The notes: generated by a model not told the origin, from the letters alone. A DNA stretch of 64,000 nt from Octopus sinensis (GCF_006345805.1 NC_043022.1:13144001-13208000); one strand, 5' to 3'. Shown: positions 38,899 through 54,231, counted from the stretch's first letter. A program made the numbers and translations.

Positions 38899-40518
38899 TT
38901 ATATTTATATGTATCACACTCCATTAACATGTATGTCTGTATTGTAGCTACTGCACGCCAGACTGCAGAAGCCACTGCATTGCCAACATCTATGCACCAC
39001 ATTGCGGTCGTTTAGTCACTGCTGCATCCATATAACACACACACACACACACACATATAGGTACTTGATAAATCTGTGTTGGAATATGTGTGTGCATATG
39101 TGTGTGTGTGTGCACATGTGTATGTATGTATATGTGTGTATACACACACACACACCAGAAAATATACAGAGAGAGAGAGATAATCCTAAACTGAAAACAG
39201 TCAGTTTGGCTGACATTTTCTGACTCAAAAACATTGAAAGTTTACATTTCAAAATCTAGGCTGGGACTTGGTGAAGAGGGGGGAGGTGTGGTGTATGTAA
39301 GAGGTGAGGTGAGATTGGAGGGGAGAGGGAGGGAGAGGGGGGAATCAGTTTCTGGATTATTCTGTCTTAGATGTGTTTTGATGTCTGAGAAGAAGTGACA
39401 TGTGATATGGCAAAGGCAGCTGAACAGTGGTGGTGGTGGTGGTGGTGGGGAGGGGGGGCACGTCCCCCCCTTACTCCCTCCCTCCTTCCTTCCCTCCTTC
39501 CCATCCCTCACCGACCACCACAGCTGGTAGCTAGAAAATGTTAAGAACACAAGAGCAGCTGTACAGACATGATAGGAAGGGGGAGAAGGAGGAGGAGGAG
39601 GTGGAAGGGAGACATATGGAGTTTGAAGGCAAAATTGAATAATGTGAGGGCGGTGGTGGTGGTGGTGGTGGTGGGGAGGGGGGGAATGATTAGGCAGACA
39701 ATATTGCACATAATTATATGGAGAAATAAATAAATAAATAAAAATAAGGAGCTCAGGGAAATAACTTAAGTGGGCCAATGGCATGAATATAGATGATTCA
39801 TCTAGGTGATGCACTGCATGTCTGTGTCTGTGTATATATATATATACATACATACATGCGTATATATGCTGTGTCTATCATATAGTTTCTGAAGGTAATG
39901 TATTGCATGTCTTTGTTGTTTGTGAGAGAGAGTGTATGTATGTGCGCGTGTGTGTGTGTATATACATGCATACATACATACATGCGTATATATGCTGTGT
40001 CTATTATATAGTTTGTGAAGGTAATATATTGCATGTCTTTGTTGTTTGTGAGAGTGTGTGTATATATATATACATATATATATATACATATGTATATATT
40101 TCTCCATGATTTTCATAGCCTCAATAAAAGAATACATATGTATGTATATATATATATATATATACACATATATATATATATATATACATATACACACACG
40201 TTATGTGTGTGTGCATACATACAATGTACATACCCCGTGCTTATTATGTAATTCGTGTAGGTGATGTGCAACGATTGTGTGATGTGTGTATATATGTGTC
40301 TGTGTGTATATATATATATATTGTCTGTTTTTATGTCGGGTTATTATAAAAGCAATTGAACATTAAACTGCAAAATTACTCAATACTTCTTTTGTAGAGT
40401 ACATAATATTCATTACATTTTTACAGGATGAGGCTGCGACTGACTACGTTGGTTTCATGAAAACTGGCAGCTCAAAACTTCACTGTCACAGCTTCTCTTG
40501 TATAAGCATTAAATATAG

Positions 40519-40559
<41 letters not shown>

Positions 40560-41931
40560 GTTGGCAATTATATGTTATAATTCCATATTGCTACTGTTTA
40601 CATGTCGCTCAGAGATTTAATATACCTTATTTCCCCCTTTTTTCGAAATTACCAGCAGTTCATAGCTGGAAAAAGCATTTAGTATTTTGCGAGTGGGGTG
40701 GGTTTTCATCACTAGCTGGTGATTAACACATGCTGAGGACGGGTGGTTACCCACCCAGAAACTCGAGTCCGTGTGTATCACATAAGGCTAGGGATGGGAG
40801 TAATGACCACCCCTCGCAAATACTAATCAGACACAGAATGTGTGTCGTTAGCCAGCTGGAAGAGATGTCTTCCTGGGGTTATAAACGCCAGTAGCAATGT
40901 CCCATATAGGACGCCACACTTGGTTGGCAGTTATATGTTACATATATACATATATATCTGTAAAATAATATGTGACAATTATTCAATAGCCAATTTATTT
41001 TACAGATAAATTTCCTCTATTTACATAATATTGGGGTCTCTTTCTTTCTTTTGTTATCATACCGTTTTTACCAATATATATATATATATGTGTGTGTATG
41101 GGTGGGTGTTAGATAGGGACTATAGACATACATGAAACAATATTATTGTCTATGTGGCATCCAGAATATAAATAGCATGAGATTTTCAAGGGAGGTATTT
41201 AGATCATTTCGGCGTTCTCGTTACCATATTTCTGTTTAAATGCACTACCTTTTGTTTCAATTAATTATGGAAACAATGAAGTTTTATCATTATCAAACTG
41301 ATGCTTGTCACAAAAGTTTTGAAGAAGTTTACTTTAAAACAAGGAGTTTGTATCATAGAAACTGGGACAGTCTCATACAGGTTAGTACCAAAAGGGTTAA
41401 ACAGAAGCAAAGACTAAAAACCCCTGCTCTATTGCCCCTTTTGTCCATAGTACCCATATGCCATTTTCTATCACTGCATTTAAGCCTTGTTAATGCTTCA
41501 TACTCATATACTGGCCCTTATTAACCATCTACATTGGGACTACTTTATAAAGAATAGCTTTAGGAATAACGGTCCCTATCTGGCCTACAAAAGCTTAATG
41601 AGCTTGGACATCTCTGATCTACATCTCACCAGAGACAAGGAGGTATGACTCAGTGTTAGAGATTACAGATGTGTACATAGGCAGTATATATATATCATCA
41701 TCATCATCGTCGTTTAACGTCCGTTTTCCGCGCTAGCACGGGTTGGACGGTTTGACCGATATATATATATATATATACTAAACTTTTTTTTTAAACTTTT
41801 TTTATTTGTTTCAGTCATTCGACTGTGGCCATGCCGGAGCAGCGCCTTTAGTCGAGCAAATCGACCCCAGGACTTATTCTTTGTAAGCCTAGTACTTATT
41901 CTATCGATCACTTTTGCCGAACCGCTAAGTT

Positions 41932-41985
<54 letters not shown>

Positions 41986-44900
41986 TGCATGCACACACAC
42001 ACACGCACAAACACAATTGCAGCATGGAAGAAGTTTATAAGCCATTTAAAGACACACAAAAACCGCTAGATTCACTTCAACATTTAAATTTAATTTGTCA
42101 AAATTAAGAAAAAAAAGATAGTCATAGCTACCATTGGTGAGTTGGCACAACTCAAACACGTGTGTATGCATATAACATCTGGGACATGATGCAGCTCTGT
42201 GGGTCACTGAATCCTGGGGGGGGGTAGAGAGATGGCCATGTTGTCGTGCGTGTGTAATGTGTATGTTGGCGTTTAATACATATACATACGGAGAGGGAGA
42301 GATGGGGGTGGGCAAGAACGCTAAGTAGAATTTTGAGGATATTGTCACAACTCCAAGCAAATATATAAAGTAGACCGTTGAGCACATTGTCACAAAGAAA
42401 GACATGACAAATCCATATTCTATAAAGTCAGCCCAGACTGGATTTGAACTCAGAACATAAGGAAACCTGATTAGAATAGCACAATGCATCCTGACATCCA
42501 CTTTACTGTTTCTGACATCGACCGCTCAAGAATAATGAGGGATTACCAATTAGAATAATGCGTATCAAATAACAAGGGATTTACCAATTAGAACAATGTA
42601 TCAAATAATTAAGTAGTTGACTATTGTATGACTAACTTTGTAGTTATGGTAACTTAGATCGGAGAGAGGGGGGATCAATAATTATGGGGAGGGGTAAAAT
42701 TTGGGTTCGCTTTTTAATTAAGTAAGAGGAAATGGAGAAATAGTGACTAATACGTTTGATGATAAACAATTTTGCAAAAACAAAAAATTGATTGGTGTGA
42801 TTTTTTGGGGGGCTTTTTTTAAAATTTCCCCCACAATCAAGTTTTTACATCACCCAATATAGCCCCCACCATCACCTCCATACACATACATCAGCCTCTA
42901 ACCCTCATCTACCATCACCCCAAAATACATGAGCCATGACTTCCACCGACCACCACCCCGTAATTAGTTGTCCCATATAATGTGTAATACAAAAAAATAG
43001 TTCTATTACCATTTATCCCCTGTAAAATGTGAAGTAAGGTACTGCCTGCCTCTGAATGTTGTCACCAAATTAACACATTAATTAACCCGGTTACTCTCAA
43101 AGCTGGAAAGTTAAAGCAAAATCTTGGTGGAGGGAAAGAGAGGGGCAAATTAAAGCAACACTGTCGCAACCTTATATTTAATACCAACTCTTCCTCAGAG
43201 TTTGTCATCATTTTAGCATCCACTTTTCCATGCCCGCATGAGTTGGCTGGAATTGGTTGAGGCAGATTTTCTACAGTTGGATGCCTTTCCTGTCACCAAC
43301 CCCCATCTGTTATAGTTCATCAATTAAAGACAGAATCAGTAAAATGCCAAACAGTTACCTCATTTCTCTTTATAACAAGCTCAAATCCTGCTCCGACTGA
43401 CTTTTATTTTTCATCAACCAAACTCTTGTGATCCATTATTATCACTTTCAATAAGTCTATTCTCACCCACCTCTGCCTGCATTCAGTCTTCATCAACTCT
43501 TCCTATATCTTCCTCGTTTCATTTCTTTCTACCCTTCACACACACCCTCCACATTCAATACTCATTTCTCAGACCAAGCAACATCATGCTTTTTACACAA
43601 GCATCATAAAATCTGCCTCTCACCCAGAGGAACAATCCCTTCAGTACCAGCAGAGGTAAATAGTTCCTGGAACGTTTTCTACTCTATTCTTATCCAGTCT
43701 TCAAAACACACACACACACACACACACACGGTTTCCATCAACTAAATTCATCCCCAAGACATTGTTCAACCTGGGGCTACAGTAGAGGCCACTTGCCAAA
43801 GTTGCAGCGCAGTGGGACTGAACCCTAAGCCAAATGGTTGCAAAGCAAACTTCTTAACCACACAGCCGTACCTACACCTTTTCTATTCGTACATTGAGAG
43901 CATTCTAGCCACTGCTAATTAGGTCACCTAGGTAACAGAAGCCATCGTTTAGTTATAAGGAGCCAGCAAAATATTTAGAAGAATCTATTCTAAGGCTGCT
44001 GTTATGGCTAGTTTTTCCTTTTCTACATACGAAACAGCCCCTTTCCTTTGGTTTGCCTGTGTTCCCAGTAAACACGTGTTCATAGTTTACACTTAAGACA
44101 CTACAAGGAAAATCAATATAAAACCTGAATTTAATCATCATCATCATCATCGTTTAACGTCCGTTCTCCATGCTAGCATGGGTTGGACGGTTCGACCAGG
44201 GATCTGGGAAGCCAGGAGGTTGCACCAGGCCCAGTCTGATCTGGCAGTGTTTCAATGATGATAATCACGGCAACTTAGCTAAAGTTTTAGGAGAGGAGGT
44301 TAGTCAATTACATCGATCCCAGTGCCTAACTGGTACTTATTTCATTGACCTCAAAAGGATAAGCAAAGTTGATGTCAGCAGAATTTGAACACCTCGGAAA
44401 GTAAAGACAAAAGAAATGCCACGAAACATTTTGTCCAGCATGCTAACAATGTATCATCATCATTTTCAACATCCATTATTCTATGCTTGCATGAGCCAGA
44501 CAGAGTTTACTGAGGCAGGTTTTCTATGGCCAGATGCATTTCGTGTTGTTAAATCCTCACCTGTTTCCAAGCAAGGTAATAATTTCCCCATGGCCAGGTA
44601 TGTTTCCATGGAAGACTTGGAAACGAATAACACTGCTTGTATGAACGTGACACAGATAGACGTATATACATCAGGCTTCTTTCAGTTTCTGTCTACCAAA
44701 TCCACAAGGCTTTTGTTGGCCATGTGTGTGTGTGCTTGTACGAGCCATGTCCTAGCTGTTATAATAAGCAAAAGTACCATTCCAAATATAAAAACAACAA
44801 CACTGTAATGTAGGTGACATTTAAAAAGAGACCAGAACTGATTATTGACTAAAATGACTCAAATGACAAGAATTAACTTTATTCATTACTTCACAGAAGA

Positions 44901-47900
44901 AGCTGATGTAGCTGGGGATCAGATCAGCATGTTTAGAAAAAAATTATGCAGTTTTGTTTGGAAAAAAAGCAACAAACAATTGCTACTGTCTTGCCAAAAT
45001 AATGCTTTTACCATTTTCCTTTTCCTTGTGTCAGTCATTGGGCTCTGACTATGCAGGGAGCATTGCTTTGAAGGGTGTAGTTGGGCAAATTGATTCCGGT
45101 ACATTGGTCTCTTTCGCCAAACAAGCATTGGCTACGAAATGGTGGTAGGAAATATACATAAAGACACACGCAAAAAATCACAGTTTCCACCTACAAGATT
45201 CACTCAAAAGCCATTGGTCTTGATTCAGGATTAGAGTGAAATCACTTGCCCAAGGAACCAAGCAGTGGGAGTGAAACTGAAACCCCATGGTTGCAAAGCA
45301 AGCTTTTTAGCCACACAACCATGTCTAATGACATCGATTGGACCAATCAGCCATGTAAAGCATTCCAAAACCCCAAAATCTGCACACACAGAAATAGACA
45401 GACTGGAGTGATGTTGATTACTAATGGCAACAATGCAGTTGTGTAAAGAGTGGGATACTTGGGTCACAGGCAAATGGCTTATGGCAATGTAAATAAGGGA
45501 TTCGACTAAGACATTAAAAAAAGGGGCTTGAAAACTATTTGGGAGTTCTTTAAAGACAAGCAACGATGAAGATGAAAGCAATTCTCTTACATTATCATCA
45601 CTTGAATTCTCTAATTTCTTCACCATACAAATGATATTTGAGGTCAACTAATTCTAACAGTATCAATACAATGTTAATCATACAAAGCAGGGGTTGGCAT
45701 TTTTTCTTTTTTTATATCATTGGCCTTTGTCATGAAATCATTAGTAACTTAAAAGCCTGCCCACCATCATGAAAGATTTCTAAAATAAAACTAAAAAGCA
45801 TAGTTAATAAAAATAATTTCTTGATTTAAAAAACAATAATTCCTTCATTTTTTGTGTTGTTACTGATTTAAAGAAAATATCAAATGAAATTGATAAAGAT
45901 AAATAATTAAAAAATCAGTCATATTGATACAGTTGAAATATTTAATGTGAAATACATGTTTGGTAAATATTAGTTATTATTGCATTGATATTTGGCTGGA
46001 AATTCGTGAGTTTTAGCCTTAAAATTATCCCAAGTCTTCTAGATTCCCTTCACTAATGGTCAAAATTGTTTCAATCCCCTATATAGTCACATAGGCCCCT
46101 AAGGGCCAATATCAATCACTTTGCTGAACCTTGAATATAAGGTAAATATAGTATTAGCTAATGTGTAGTCTTAATCAATCATTGGTACTGATCAAAGGGA
46201 CATTTAGAAGGGGAGTTTAAAACTAGTTGAGAGTGAATAAAAGGTGAACATTAAGGGGAATGAGATTCTAGGGGTTCCTGCTTCTCATGATACCAATACT
46301 AAAGTTGGTATCAGACACATTCTAGAAACATATAAGAACACTCGCATTCAAAGCTCTTAATAGATTCATTTTATAAGGTTTGAAACAGGAGAACGACAAA
46401 AAGATTTAATGCCACAAAATATTTGGTTTCTGTAAAGACAAAATATTCATTTTCATCTAATTAACAATGATAATTCTTTTTAAAATGTATCACGATAAAA
46501 TATCATCATCATCATCATAATTTGACATCCATGTTTTCTGTGCTGGTATGGGTTGCATGGTTTGATATGATCCAATGGACACAAGGACTGCATTGTGTTC
46601 CAGTGTCTGCCTCAACAGGGTTTCTACAGTTGGATGCCCTTCCTGATACTAACTACTTTACAAAATGTATTGGATGGGGCTTTTTTCATGCCACCAATTG
46701 CCATCTAGCTTGCAAGATTATGAACCTAAAGGGACAGCTTTATGCTAGGAGATGAGAGGTACAAAATGACCATAAAAAAATATGTAAACTAAGAGCAAAT
46801 CATTAGGAAGTTTGTTTCATAACAAACTTGTGGTTCAAACTTTGGTATTACGACACAGAACTTACTGAAGTCCCTTCTACTTATGGTCTCAACCGTTTTG
46901 AGTAAACAGAAACTGTACTGAAGCCCATCATAGTGTGTATGTGTGTGTGTAAGAGAGAGAAAGAATGATATCGCCCTTTAAAAAAAATCAATGTTCTGAC
47001 AAAAAAAAAATTAACTCAGCTATTGAATAGGATAGGGATCACCAAAATATGGGGTTTGATATAAATTGACTAACCCCACTAAACTGGTGCCCCAGGATGG
47101 CTGCAGTCTAACGAAACCATTGAAAGAATAAAATGCATGTGTGTGTGCACGCACAGGCACACACACTTTGCAGGATATTTTATCAACAGAAGAACAAGAA
47201 TCTAAACACATCAAGTTTGTTTTTGTGTCCCATTGAAAACTAACGACTCTAGATGTAGCTTTGCCGTTCTCAAGATGAAACAACTTCGAAGTTGTATGTA
47301 AGGTTTGTAATTTCATACAAGAGACTAATCAAAAGAGGAAACACCAATTTATAACAAGATAACAGTCTGGTACTTCACCGAGACACGTTGGAATAAATGG
47401 GAAATATTCCACAACAAATTACTGTATTTTATTTCTCTACAAGCTGCTCTATTTTATATTTGATATTAACAGAAAAATTGGGCTGCAACTTATACAAATG
47501 GTAAAGCTAAAACTATGAAGGAAAAATGTTTTGCACCAACACTGAACATTAAATAGGGGTGGACTTATACACAAGTAAACATGGTATCTTGGGTAGTAGG
47601 GGAGCCAGTGAGGGAGCCTCTACATGATTGCTTAACCTACCACAAGTAACAGTCAAATTTCCCTCAAATCACATGCCACTAGCTTACAAAAAAGAACATG
47701 TTGGATGTGGCCGTAGATTTCTTACACCATAGTAAAGAGATGAGATGGCCATGGGTAGGTAGGATACCTGTTCGATCAGATCTAACCTGGGGCTAAATAA
47801 CATTAATCTAGAGTAGAAACCTGAAACCAAACTCAACTGGAAGTCCAGTTCAGTACGGACTCAGTTATCTAACATCAGTAAGCTCAAATCAGAAAGCGAT

Positions 47901-50649
47901 ACCAATACATGGCTTTCAGTTTAGACCAAGGATTCTCAACTGTTTCTGACCTCTGAACCCTTTTGATTCCTATTTTGCTAGGGTGGACCCTCATAGCCAT
48001 TTGCTGTTTAAAAAGTTCTATTGTATTTTTATTATTAATATTATTAGGAATTATATTTTTTTAAATTGTGAAAATATTTTATGTATTGTACAAGTATAAG
48101 CAATTTATTGAGAGATAAATTATAACAACAAAATCTTACAATGGATCCCAGTTGAGAACCATTGGCTTAGACAATGGTAGTGAACCTGACATAGGACAAT
48201 AGAGCAGGCGAGGAGTATGATTTATAGTACAGACTAGTGTTGGTTACTTTTGCTTGAATAGAATGATGACACCCAATTAATCAAAGTGCTAATTAATGTC
48301 ATGCTCTCCTATCATGTTAAATATCATCGTTGTCATCGTCATGGGTTTAACGTGCACTTCTCCATGCTTGCGTATCTCGGATGGAATTCGTTGAGGCAAA
48401 TTTCCTAATCAAATGTCCCTTCTTTGTCGTCAACCCTTACTTGCTTCCAAGGAAAATAATATTTCCCTATGGCTAGACATTTTCATGGAAGCCCGAAAAT
48501 GAATAACACTGCTTATTATATGATGGTTATGCTCATTTAGAACCATCACATATCAAGACAAGGATACGTACATACACACAAACTTGTTTCAATTTCCATC
48601 TCCCAAATCCACTCACAAGGCTTTGGTCGACCTGGGATATAACAGAAAGCATATGTCCAAGGTGCCATGCAATGGGACTGAACCCAAGACCACATGATTG
48701 GGAAGCATACTTCTTAACGACACAGCTATGCCTGTAGGGAGAACAAAAATCTATAGAGATTTTTACAGGAAACTTCTGTGTCTACCTGATTAAGTTTAGT
48801 AATAACTTTGTGGCGAAGGCTTCGTAAATAACTACTTAAATGAAACCTCTAAAATATCAGAAAATACTTAAACCCTTACAGTGTGAACAGATGCAGTATT
48901 ATTGTGGTTCCAGGGAAAATTGAGAGGGCCCCATTTCACTCTCTTGGCTCAAAGATATTGGCATTGGTTAATGAGTGACTTAGCGGTACAAGAGCTAACA
49001 ACCAGCTAGAAATAATAGACAAATCTTTCTGAAATCTTTGAGAAATGAAGCCAATTTTATTTCTCATATCTCTCCACAGTCAATAAGATTAAGATACCAG
49101 TGAAGTAATGAGGGTTGATGGTACTGAGTAACTAACCCCTTCCCTCAAAATTGCTGGTCTTATGCCTAAATCAGAAACCATTATTTGTTATATTTTCTGT
49201 TTCCTCTAAAAATGATACACTGTTAGAATTCTTTACTGATTCAAGTTTAATGTAAAACACACTAGTCATTACCCAGGCACAATGTTCACAGTGTGTGTGT
49301 GTGTGCACGCGCATGCATACGCATGTGCTCACTAAACATCAGTAGAAATGTGGTCACAACACCACCACCACCCATCCCAAACCCTACAGAAATTTCCTAG
49401 CAACATCAATACAATTACTAATGTATTTTATCAATTTGGGGCTGTTTCACTATATCTATAGATGTGTGCATGCATGTATCACTACTGTGCTCAGATAAGG
49501 TATTGCTTTGTCTTCCATACCTCCATAATCATAATAACAAGTATTAATAATCCTAATTTTCTTTAATTTGCCCCAATGGCTCAAGATGTTTGGAGACAAT
49601 ACAAATACAAAGGTGAAATAGAAAAAGGAAACCAAGAAATGGTGAGGCAGGAAGTTACACAAAGTAAAAAAAAAAAAAAGACTAGTGAGTTAACCAACAG
49701 CAATGAAGACACATTAATTAATTAATTAATTAATAGCAACAAAGAACCACAAAACAAGTAAGGATCATCTAAAATGAAGGGCAGGGACCAACAGAATAAT
49801 TCGAAGCATTTTACGTCCAACAACAGATTGTCCTACACACCAAACAAGTGCCGTTTTTTTATTTCTTGCCACAAACTAAAAGTCACGCTATTAATGTAAC
49901 TAATTTAACCATGTTAATTTAACTAGTACCTCCCCACCCCCTCTCTTTCTCTTTTACTTTTCTCTTCAATATGATACCTGAAGTATCATATTTGATGGCA
50001 TAAAAGACCCACTCCATTTCCAGGAGTATGTATGCAATACTAAACTTTGAGACCTTTTTTTTTTTTTATCATTATCATCATCATCAACGCTTCAGCATTC
50101 CAAATTATTCTGTCAAATGTCATCCTTATATATTCACATTGTTTTGAATTAATCACGCATTATCTTGTAGCTTCAAGATTTTCATAATGTGATTGCTTAT
50201 TTTTAGAAGGACATTGTAGGGTAGGTGCGAGAGGCTGGATCTGACTGGTTTGAACATTAAACAGGTTGAATATTTAGGCCAGATATGGCTGGTTTGACCA
50301 CAGAAAAACTGAGAAAATCTTCAATGTGTCAGACAAAATGCTAATTAGTGGTATTTCTTTCAGCTCTTTACGTTCCGAGTTCAAATACCACCGAAGTCAA
50401 CTTTGCCATTCATCCTCACGGGGTAAATAAAATAAAGTATCAATCAAATACTGGGGTTGATGTAAATCTAATTAACTAACTCCCTTGACCCTAAAATTGC
50501 TGGCCTTATGCCAAATTTTGAAACAGTTATTATTATTATTATTATCATTATTATTATTAGTTTTCAGTCATACCAATCCAAACTGTTACAATGAAACAGA
50601 GGAATTGAGTATGTGTCCTTTACAACATTAAATAAGTTATAACATTAAT

Positions 50650-50684
<35 letters not shown>

Positions 50685-51372
50685 ATGTATACACAGGGGA
50701 AATGGGCAACAGAAAGCAGGTAGTGAAACAACACACTGCTGTTGTTGTTGTTGTTGTTGTTGTTATTAATAGATGTTCCAACTGGCAATAATTAAATCAG
50801 AAAATCTGAATGTGCTGATCAATAAACGGACGATGGAGAAAATAGAATCAGAAAGAAGAGATTTAAGCAGGCCATTGGAATCTGTCCAAATATCCGCATG
50901 TGGTGGTGGTGGTGGCTGCCAGTAGTTGTGATGACGACGGCAGACGACGAAGCCTTGGAATCCAAATTACAAGTGCAGAGGAGGAGGGTGGGTGGCAGTT
51001 GGTTATTAAAGGCATAGATGCATATAGACAGGCACACACACACACAAATACACACAATATAGAGATATATAATGCATGCGTACATGGACATACATAGATA
51101 TACATGTGAGTGTATGCATGTATGTATATATGTGTGTGCGTGTAACCCATGCTAGCATGGAAAACGGACGCTAAACGATGATGATGATGTGTATGTATAT
51201 ATATGTGTGTATGTATATATATATATGTATATATGTGTATATGCATATATATATGTATATATATATATATGTGTGTATGTATATATATGTGTATGTATAT
51301 ATATATGTGTATGTATATATATATATGTATGTATATATATGTGTATGTATGTATATATATATTATGTGTATG

Positions 51373-51445
<73 letters not shown>

Positions 51446-52057
51446 ACGTGTGTATCTGTAGAATCAGTAGTTTTAATCACCATTACACACTAAATTTGCA
51501 TGATATCTGGAATCCATGTCATGACTACAATAGGAGGCCTGATAAAACAGCTGTTGTTACAAGCTGTGACCATCCCCGTCAAACGTTGTCATATACTAGC
51601 TACAAAATATGTAACCGCTGATAAACAAAAAAAAAATCGAAAGAAAAAACAAACAAACAACAACCACAATTTCCTCAACAAATGACATAACTGGAACCTG
51701 AATTTGCTGAAGTGTCTACTACTATTACTACTACCACAAGACAAGAGAAATGGTGGTAGTGGTGGGGGCTAATGATGACAATGATGATGATGATGGTGAT
51801 GATGGTGATATCAGCAGTAGCTTGGCTTAAGTAGGGTGCAGCAGTGGTAACAGTATAAAGATAAAGGTTGAGGAATAGAGAGGAAGGTGCAGTCGTTTTC
51901 GGGGAAACAATGTCGGATGTTATCAATGGAGGCCAATAAGAAAATTTTAGGCATTAATATTTCAGCAGAAAAAAGTTGTTATTGCCAACAGTTTGAGAAA
52001 TATTTACTAAAATAAACACAAAGAGTCAGGTAGTTAATTAGGTGGAAGCCACAAATC

Positions 52058-53957
52058 GGTTAATATAGGGCGTAACAAATATCAGAAAATCAAAAAAAAA
52101 ATGTGTGTAATAGGTGTAAAACAACTTCCTATGAACGAATATGAAAAAAAAAATTCGCGCACGCGAAAGGGGGGTGGGGGAGAGGCCTCGGAAAATTCAC
52201 ATCGGGAAGTTCCGAAAGCGTCTGAGGAGCTGACCCGGGCACCAAAACAAAAAAAAAATAGTGTAATATGTGTAAAACAACTTGCTCTAAACGAATATGA
52301 CAAAAAAAAATGCGCTCTCGCGAAAGAGGGGTGGGGGAGAGGCCTCGGAATATTTATATCGGGAATTTCCGAAAGCGTCTGAACCGGGCACAAAAACAAA
52401 AACAAAAACAGCGTAATAGGTGTAAAACAACTTGCTCTAAACGACTATCATGAAAAAAATGCGCGCTCGCGAAAGGGGGGTGGGGGAGAGGCTTCGGAAA
52501 TTTCACATCTTCAGTCCACGGCCTTTAAACTAAGAAAAAATAGTGTAATTGGTGTAAAACTACTTGTTCTAAACGAGTATCAAGAACACACACTCACACA
52601 TGAATCATAAACTCCGTATTTCGCAAAAAAAAAAATAAAGAGAAGAAATTCTGGAAAAAGTGAAGAAATGTTGGATCTCATTCCTTGGTTAAAGCTATTT
52701 TAAACATTAAATTTATGCTTTTTTTGAAATAGTTCAGATATATGCAATTCTTCTCACTTATTAAGATGCATTTATCAGAAAAAAAGAGACAGAAAAAATT
52801 ATTATTTTGTGTCAATCCTTCCCTAATTATCCTTTATTAATTAGTTTTGGCGTGTATTTTTTTCCCAAATTTATTTTTTCACCTTTACAACACTGTTTAG
52901 TAAAGCAATTAATTATCTTTATAATTTGCATATTTGACTTATTAATCAAAATTCTCTAGATGTAATATATACTAAGTAATGCATCCTTCATTTATGTGTT
53001 CCGTTCTGTATTATGCATGCGTGACTGTTTGTATGTAAGTGTGTTTAACTGTGCACATGAATGTGAATATTAAAGAACATATTTATTTACTATGATTGTT
53101 ATTTTCAGAACAAATAAATCTTTTGGCTGTTATGTTATTGATGTTATTATTATTGCTAGTTAAAGGGTGGTGACTTGGCTGAATATTTTGAGTCTTGTAG
53201 TATGTAGTTGTGTTAGTCAATATTCTGAGTTCAAATCCAACTCATTTCTTTATCATCATTATCGATGGACCACTCAAAGAGGTATGTATACATTATCATT
53301 TTCGTAACATAATTTCTGTAGTATTTCAAGATGTTTCTGACACGTATTTTGATTCACATGGCGGAGATCCAACATTTCTTCACTTTTTTTTTTGCGAAAT
53401 ACGGAGTTTATGATTCATGTGTGAGTGTGTGTTCTTGATACTCGTTTAGAACAAGTAGTTTTACACCAATTACACTATTTTTCTTAGTTTAAAGGCCGTG
53501 GACTGAAGATGTGAAATTTCCGAAGCCTCTCCCCCACCCCCCTTTCGCGAGCGCGCATTTTTTTCATGATAGTCGTTTAGAGCAAGTTGTTTTACACCTA
53601 TTACGCTGTTTTTGTTTTTGTTTTTGTGCCCGGTTCAGACGCTTTCGGAAATTCCCGATATAAATATTCCGAGGCCTCTCCCCCACCCCTCTTTCTCGAG
53701 AGCGCATTTTTTTTTTCATATTCGTTTAGAGCAAGTTGTTTTACACATATTACACTATTTTTTTTTGTTTTGGTGCCCGGGTCAGCCCCTCAGACGCTTT
53801 CGGAACTTCCCGATGTGAATTTTCCGAGGCCTCTCCCCCACCCCCCTTTCGCGTGCGCGAATTTTTTTTTTCATATTCGTTCATAGGAAGTTGTTTTACA
53901 CCTATTACACACATTTTTCTTTTGATTTTCTGATATTTGTTACGCCCTATATTAACC
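52058..53957. mobile_element. Foldback-type non-autonomous DNA transposon, 1.9 kb, ~600-bp modular terminal inverted repeats, exact TSD
   Basis: Ends GGTTAATATAGGGCGTAAC...GTTACGCCCTATATTAACC; CACAAATC duplicated at 52050-52057 and 53958-53965; arms ~52058-52680 and ~53364-53957 are near-identical reverse complements; AT-rich spacer with no convincing ORF. Confidence 0.9.
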
Positions 53958-54196
53958 CACAAATCATGAGAAAGGACAGTGAGCTTTCATGCTTCTTTCT
54001 TTCTTTGTCTGGAGCCAAACTTAGGTTTTAGATAGGAAGGGAGGGGGGAAGTTCTTTGTTTAGTGAAAGAGACCAAGGTCAATACAGTTAATATATATAT
54101 ATATATACAAGGGTACAACCAATGTGTGTTTGTAATATGTCTGAAGTACAGTTAGCATATATGCCTGCAGTTCTTTAATAAATATATAATATATAT

Positions 54197-54231
<35 letters not shown>

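Noticed and set aside
44850-45150. Possible hAT dimerisation-domain remnant (SPATSASS, minus) or plus-strand exon (SLGSDYAGSIALKG...)
   Set aside because: Single short motif flanked by stops; no TIRs, no partner exons.
50819-50990. GC-richer segment reading ASSSAVVITTTGSHHHHHMR on the minus strand as a possible SPEN exon
   Set aside because: No credible donor site and no similarity to SPEN N-terminal sequence.
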